The notes under the pieces: model-generated | The model's input: the letters and a program-made list of their open reading frames with translations, nothing else | What the model was told of the DNA's origin: nothing | The model's database searches: none | Assembly: GCA_030390025.1 (NCBI GenBank) | Contig: CM059432.1 | Coordinates: forward strand, 39,558,001 to 39,622,000 | Length of the DNA stretch: 64,000 nucleotides | Direction of reading: 5' to 3' | DNA from: Squalus acanthias | Taxonomy: Eukaryota | Program-made: the position numbers and the translations under genes | In this document: positions 61,885 through 64,000 of the stretch, piece after piece | Numbering within the stretch: position 1 is the stretch's first letter | How the letters are laid out: the number at the start of each line of letters is the position of its first letter

Positions 61885-63496
61885 GGCCGCGTATTGCCGG
61901 CGCTCAGAGGACGGGTTCGGAGGTGGGTCAGCTGTTAAAATCGAAATGACTGATGGCGGGTTGGGAACCCGCCATGAACCCGCCTCCATGTAAGTTTCCA
62001 AAAGTTTCAGGTCTGCGATTTCAGCACAGACCCCGATACCAAGCGGCAGGGGAGGCATTTAAGATAGTTAACTGCTTGTTAAGTGCTTGTTAACTACTAT
62101 TTTGCCAGCCTTTTCCTATTTTCAAACATTTTTGATGGGGTTCCCGTCGTTCGCCAATCACGTCAGGTAAGTAGGTCGGGTTCTCTATGTCTCCCCATTG
62201 CTGTGAATAGGTGACAGCTGCCGAAGTGGTATGAATCCCCCACCATCAACATCCTGGGGGTCACCATTGACCAGAAACTTAACTGGACCAGCCACATAAA
62301 TACTGTGGCAACAAGAGCAGGTCAGAGGCTAGGTGTCCTGCGGCGAGTGTCTTGACTCCCCAAAGCCTTTCCACCATCTACATGGCACAAGTCAGGAGTG
62401 TGATGGAATACTCTCTACTTGCCTGGATGAGTGCAGCTCCAACAACACTCAAGAAGCTCAATATCATGCAGGACAAAGCAGCCCGCTTGATTGGCAGCCC
62501 ATCTACCACCTTAAACATTAATTCCCTCTACCACTGGCTTACCGTGGCTGCAGTGTGTACCATCTACAAGATGCACTGCAGCAACTTGCCAAGGCTTCTT
62601 CGGCAGCACCTCCCAAACCCGCAACCTCTTCCATCCAGAAGGACAAGGGCAGCAGGCACATGGGAACACCACCACCTCCAACTTCCCCTCCAAGTCACAC
62701 ACCATCCTGACTTAGAAGTATATCGCCAATCCTTCATCGTCACTGGGTCAAAATCCTGGAACTCTCTAACAGCATTATGGGAGTACCTTCACCACACGGA
62801 CTGCAGCGGTTCAAGAAGGCGGCTCACCACCACCTTCTCAAGGGCAATTAGGCCTTGCCAGTGACGCCCACATCCCATAAACGAATAAAAAAAAGGAGTA
62901 GGGTAGGGAAGGCAGAGTGATGGGGATGCGATGAGTGGCACAGCAAGATGAGGTTGAGTGTGGCTTTGCAGTAATGTTTCGTGATCTATTGAGATCATTG
63001 AAAGGTTTGTGCCACTGCAGCCTGGTCCTCCTGATGACATCCCTGCTTGTGCCCTCCTGTGCACAGTGCAACCAGGCTTCATTGGTCTCCTGGGGAGGTC
63101 TCTTCCGCCCATTGGAAGGGAAGAGGACCTCCCTGTGTGCTGTGACTCCCTCCATATGCTTATGGAGGGAGTCATGTTAGAGCCTGGGTGCAGCCGTGCA
63201 CCTCTGTGCAGTGCTTGTCAGTGTTTGCAGCACCTCAACGCTGTAGAACACTGACAGTACAAATGTCAAATTAAATTTGTGCATGGTCCCTTTAAGGAAA
63301 CCGGCTGATGCCGCGTCATCAAATGATGTCATCAGACCTGCTTCCTTCAGTTGGACCGGAAAACGCGCTGGGCGGGCTTAACAAGCCCAATCAGGGGAAA
63401 TTCATTCTACAGAGCGGGTTGGAGCCAGCAGCGGGGTTGGGACCCACCACCGACGTTGCCTGCCATGGACCCGCCGAGGTAGGAAAAATCGCAGCC
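61885..63496. mobile_element. Harbinger family A sequences flanking an L2/Crack-like LINE (62236-62892, +)
   Basis: Left part matches 6060-6420. Right part (Myb exon, ORF 62838..63155) matches the reverse complement of 14978-15057 plus 16374-16900. TSD not matched. Confidence 0.8.
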
Positions 63497-63572
63497 AAAG
63501 AGTCTGCTGAGAGACATGTCAAGCACCCTCTTATATAACTTAAAATCAAAGTAAAATCAATCAAAATAACAA

Positions 63573-63752
63573 AAACAGATTATCTGGTCATTATCACATT
63601 GCTGTTTGTGGGAGCTTGCTGTGCACAATTTGTTGCTGCGTTTCTTACATTACAACAGTGACTACACTTCAAAAGTACTTCATTGGCTTTAAAGCGCTTT
63701 GGGACGTCCGGTGGTCATGAAAGGCGCTATATAAATGCAACTCTTTCTTTCT
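63573..63752 (+). mobile_element. Deu-SINE 3' half
   Basis: Reverse complement of 24460-24645, ending AAAGGCGCTATATAAATGCAACTCTTTCTTT. Confidence 0.85.
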
Positions 63753-64000
63753 ATCTTTAAAAACCCCTCTCCATTCAATAGATAAATCTGGGTGACACAT
63801 TTATCTGAAGGGTTTCCCTCCTTTGGTGTAATTCATTTCTAACAGTCATGTAAATCTCCTGGAAGATGTTAAAGTTAATGAGGCATGGCTACGTAGGCAT
63901 ACCAAGTTCCATTTTTATTCCCCTAATTTTACAATCTTCCTTTAACAAAGGGTCCTACACAGGACCAGATAAGGCATAGTATATTTATGTCCCACTAACG

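Noticed and set aside
1..64000. CRISPR array, rRNA or prokaryotic operon
   Set aside because: No regularly spaced repeat-spacer array or dense gene packing; the content is vertebrate repeat DNA.

Overview
Vertebrate, most likely shark/elasmobranch, non-coding DNA; the taxon is inferred only from the repeat complement. No host protein-coding exon could be supported. Most of the window is a nested mosaic of transposable elements. These include many CR1 LINE copies (one near full length with an esterase ORF1 at 53364-58020), L2 and L2/Crack-like LINEs, an RTE insertion, Deu-domain tRNA SINEs, an LF-SINE-like relic and three solo LTRs plus a 3' LTR with its PPT. There is also a large PIF/Harbinger group (a decayed two-gene element, a deletion derivative and at least four MITE families with 3-bp TSDs). 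The most notable system is a Penelope-like family. It has a 5'-truncated copy with an uninterrupted 774-aa RT + GIY-YIG ORF (24986-27763) and two short fold-back derivatives (7609-7804; 29039-29588, with perfect 250-bp arms). All three carry a minimal hammerhead ribozyme motif whose stems covary between copies. Covarying hairpins also occur in a MITE family and in two LTR ends. TE-poor, TAAT-rich islands may be conserved enhancers. Boundaries of old repeats are approximate and were read by eye.
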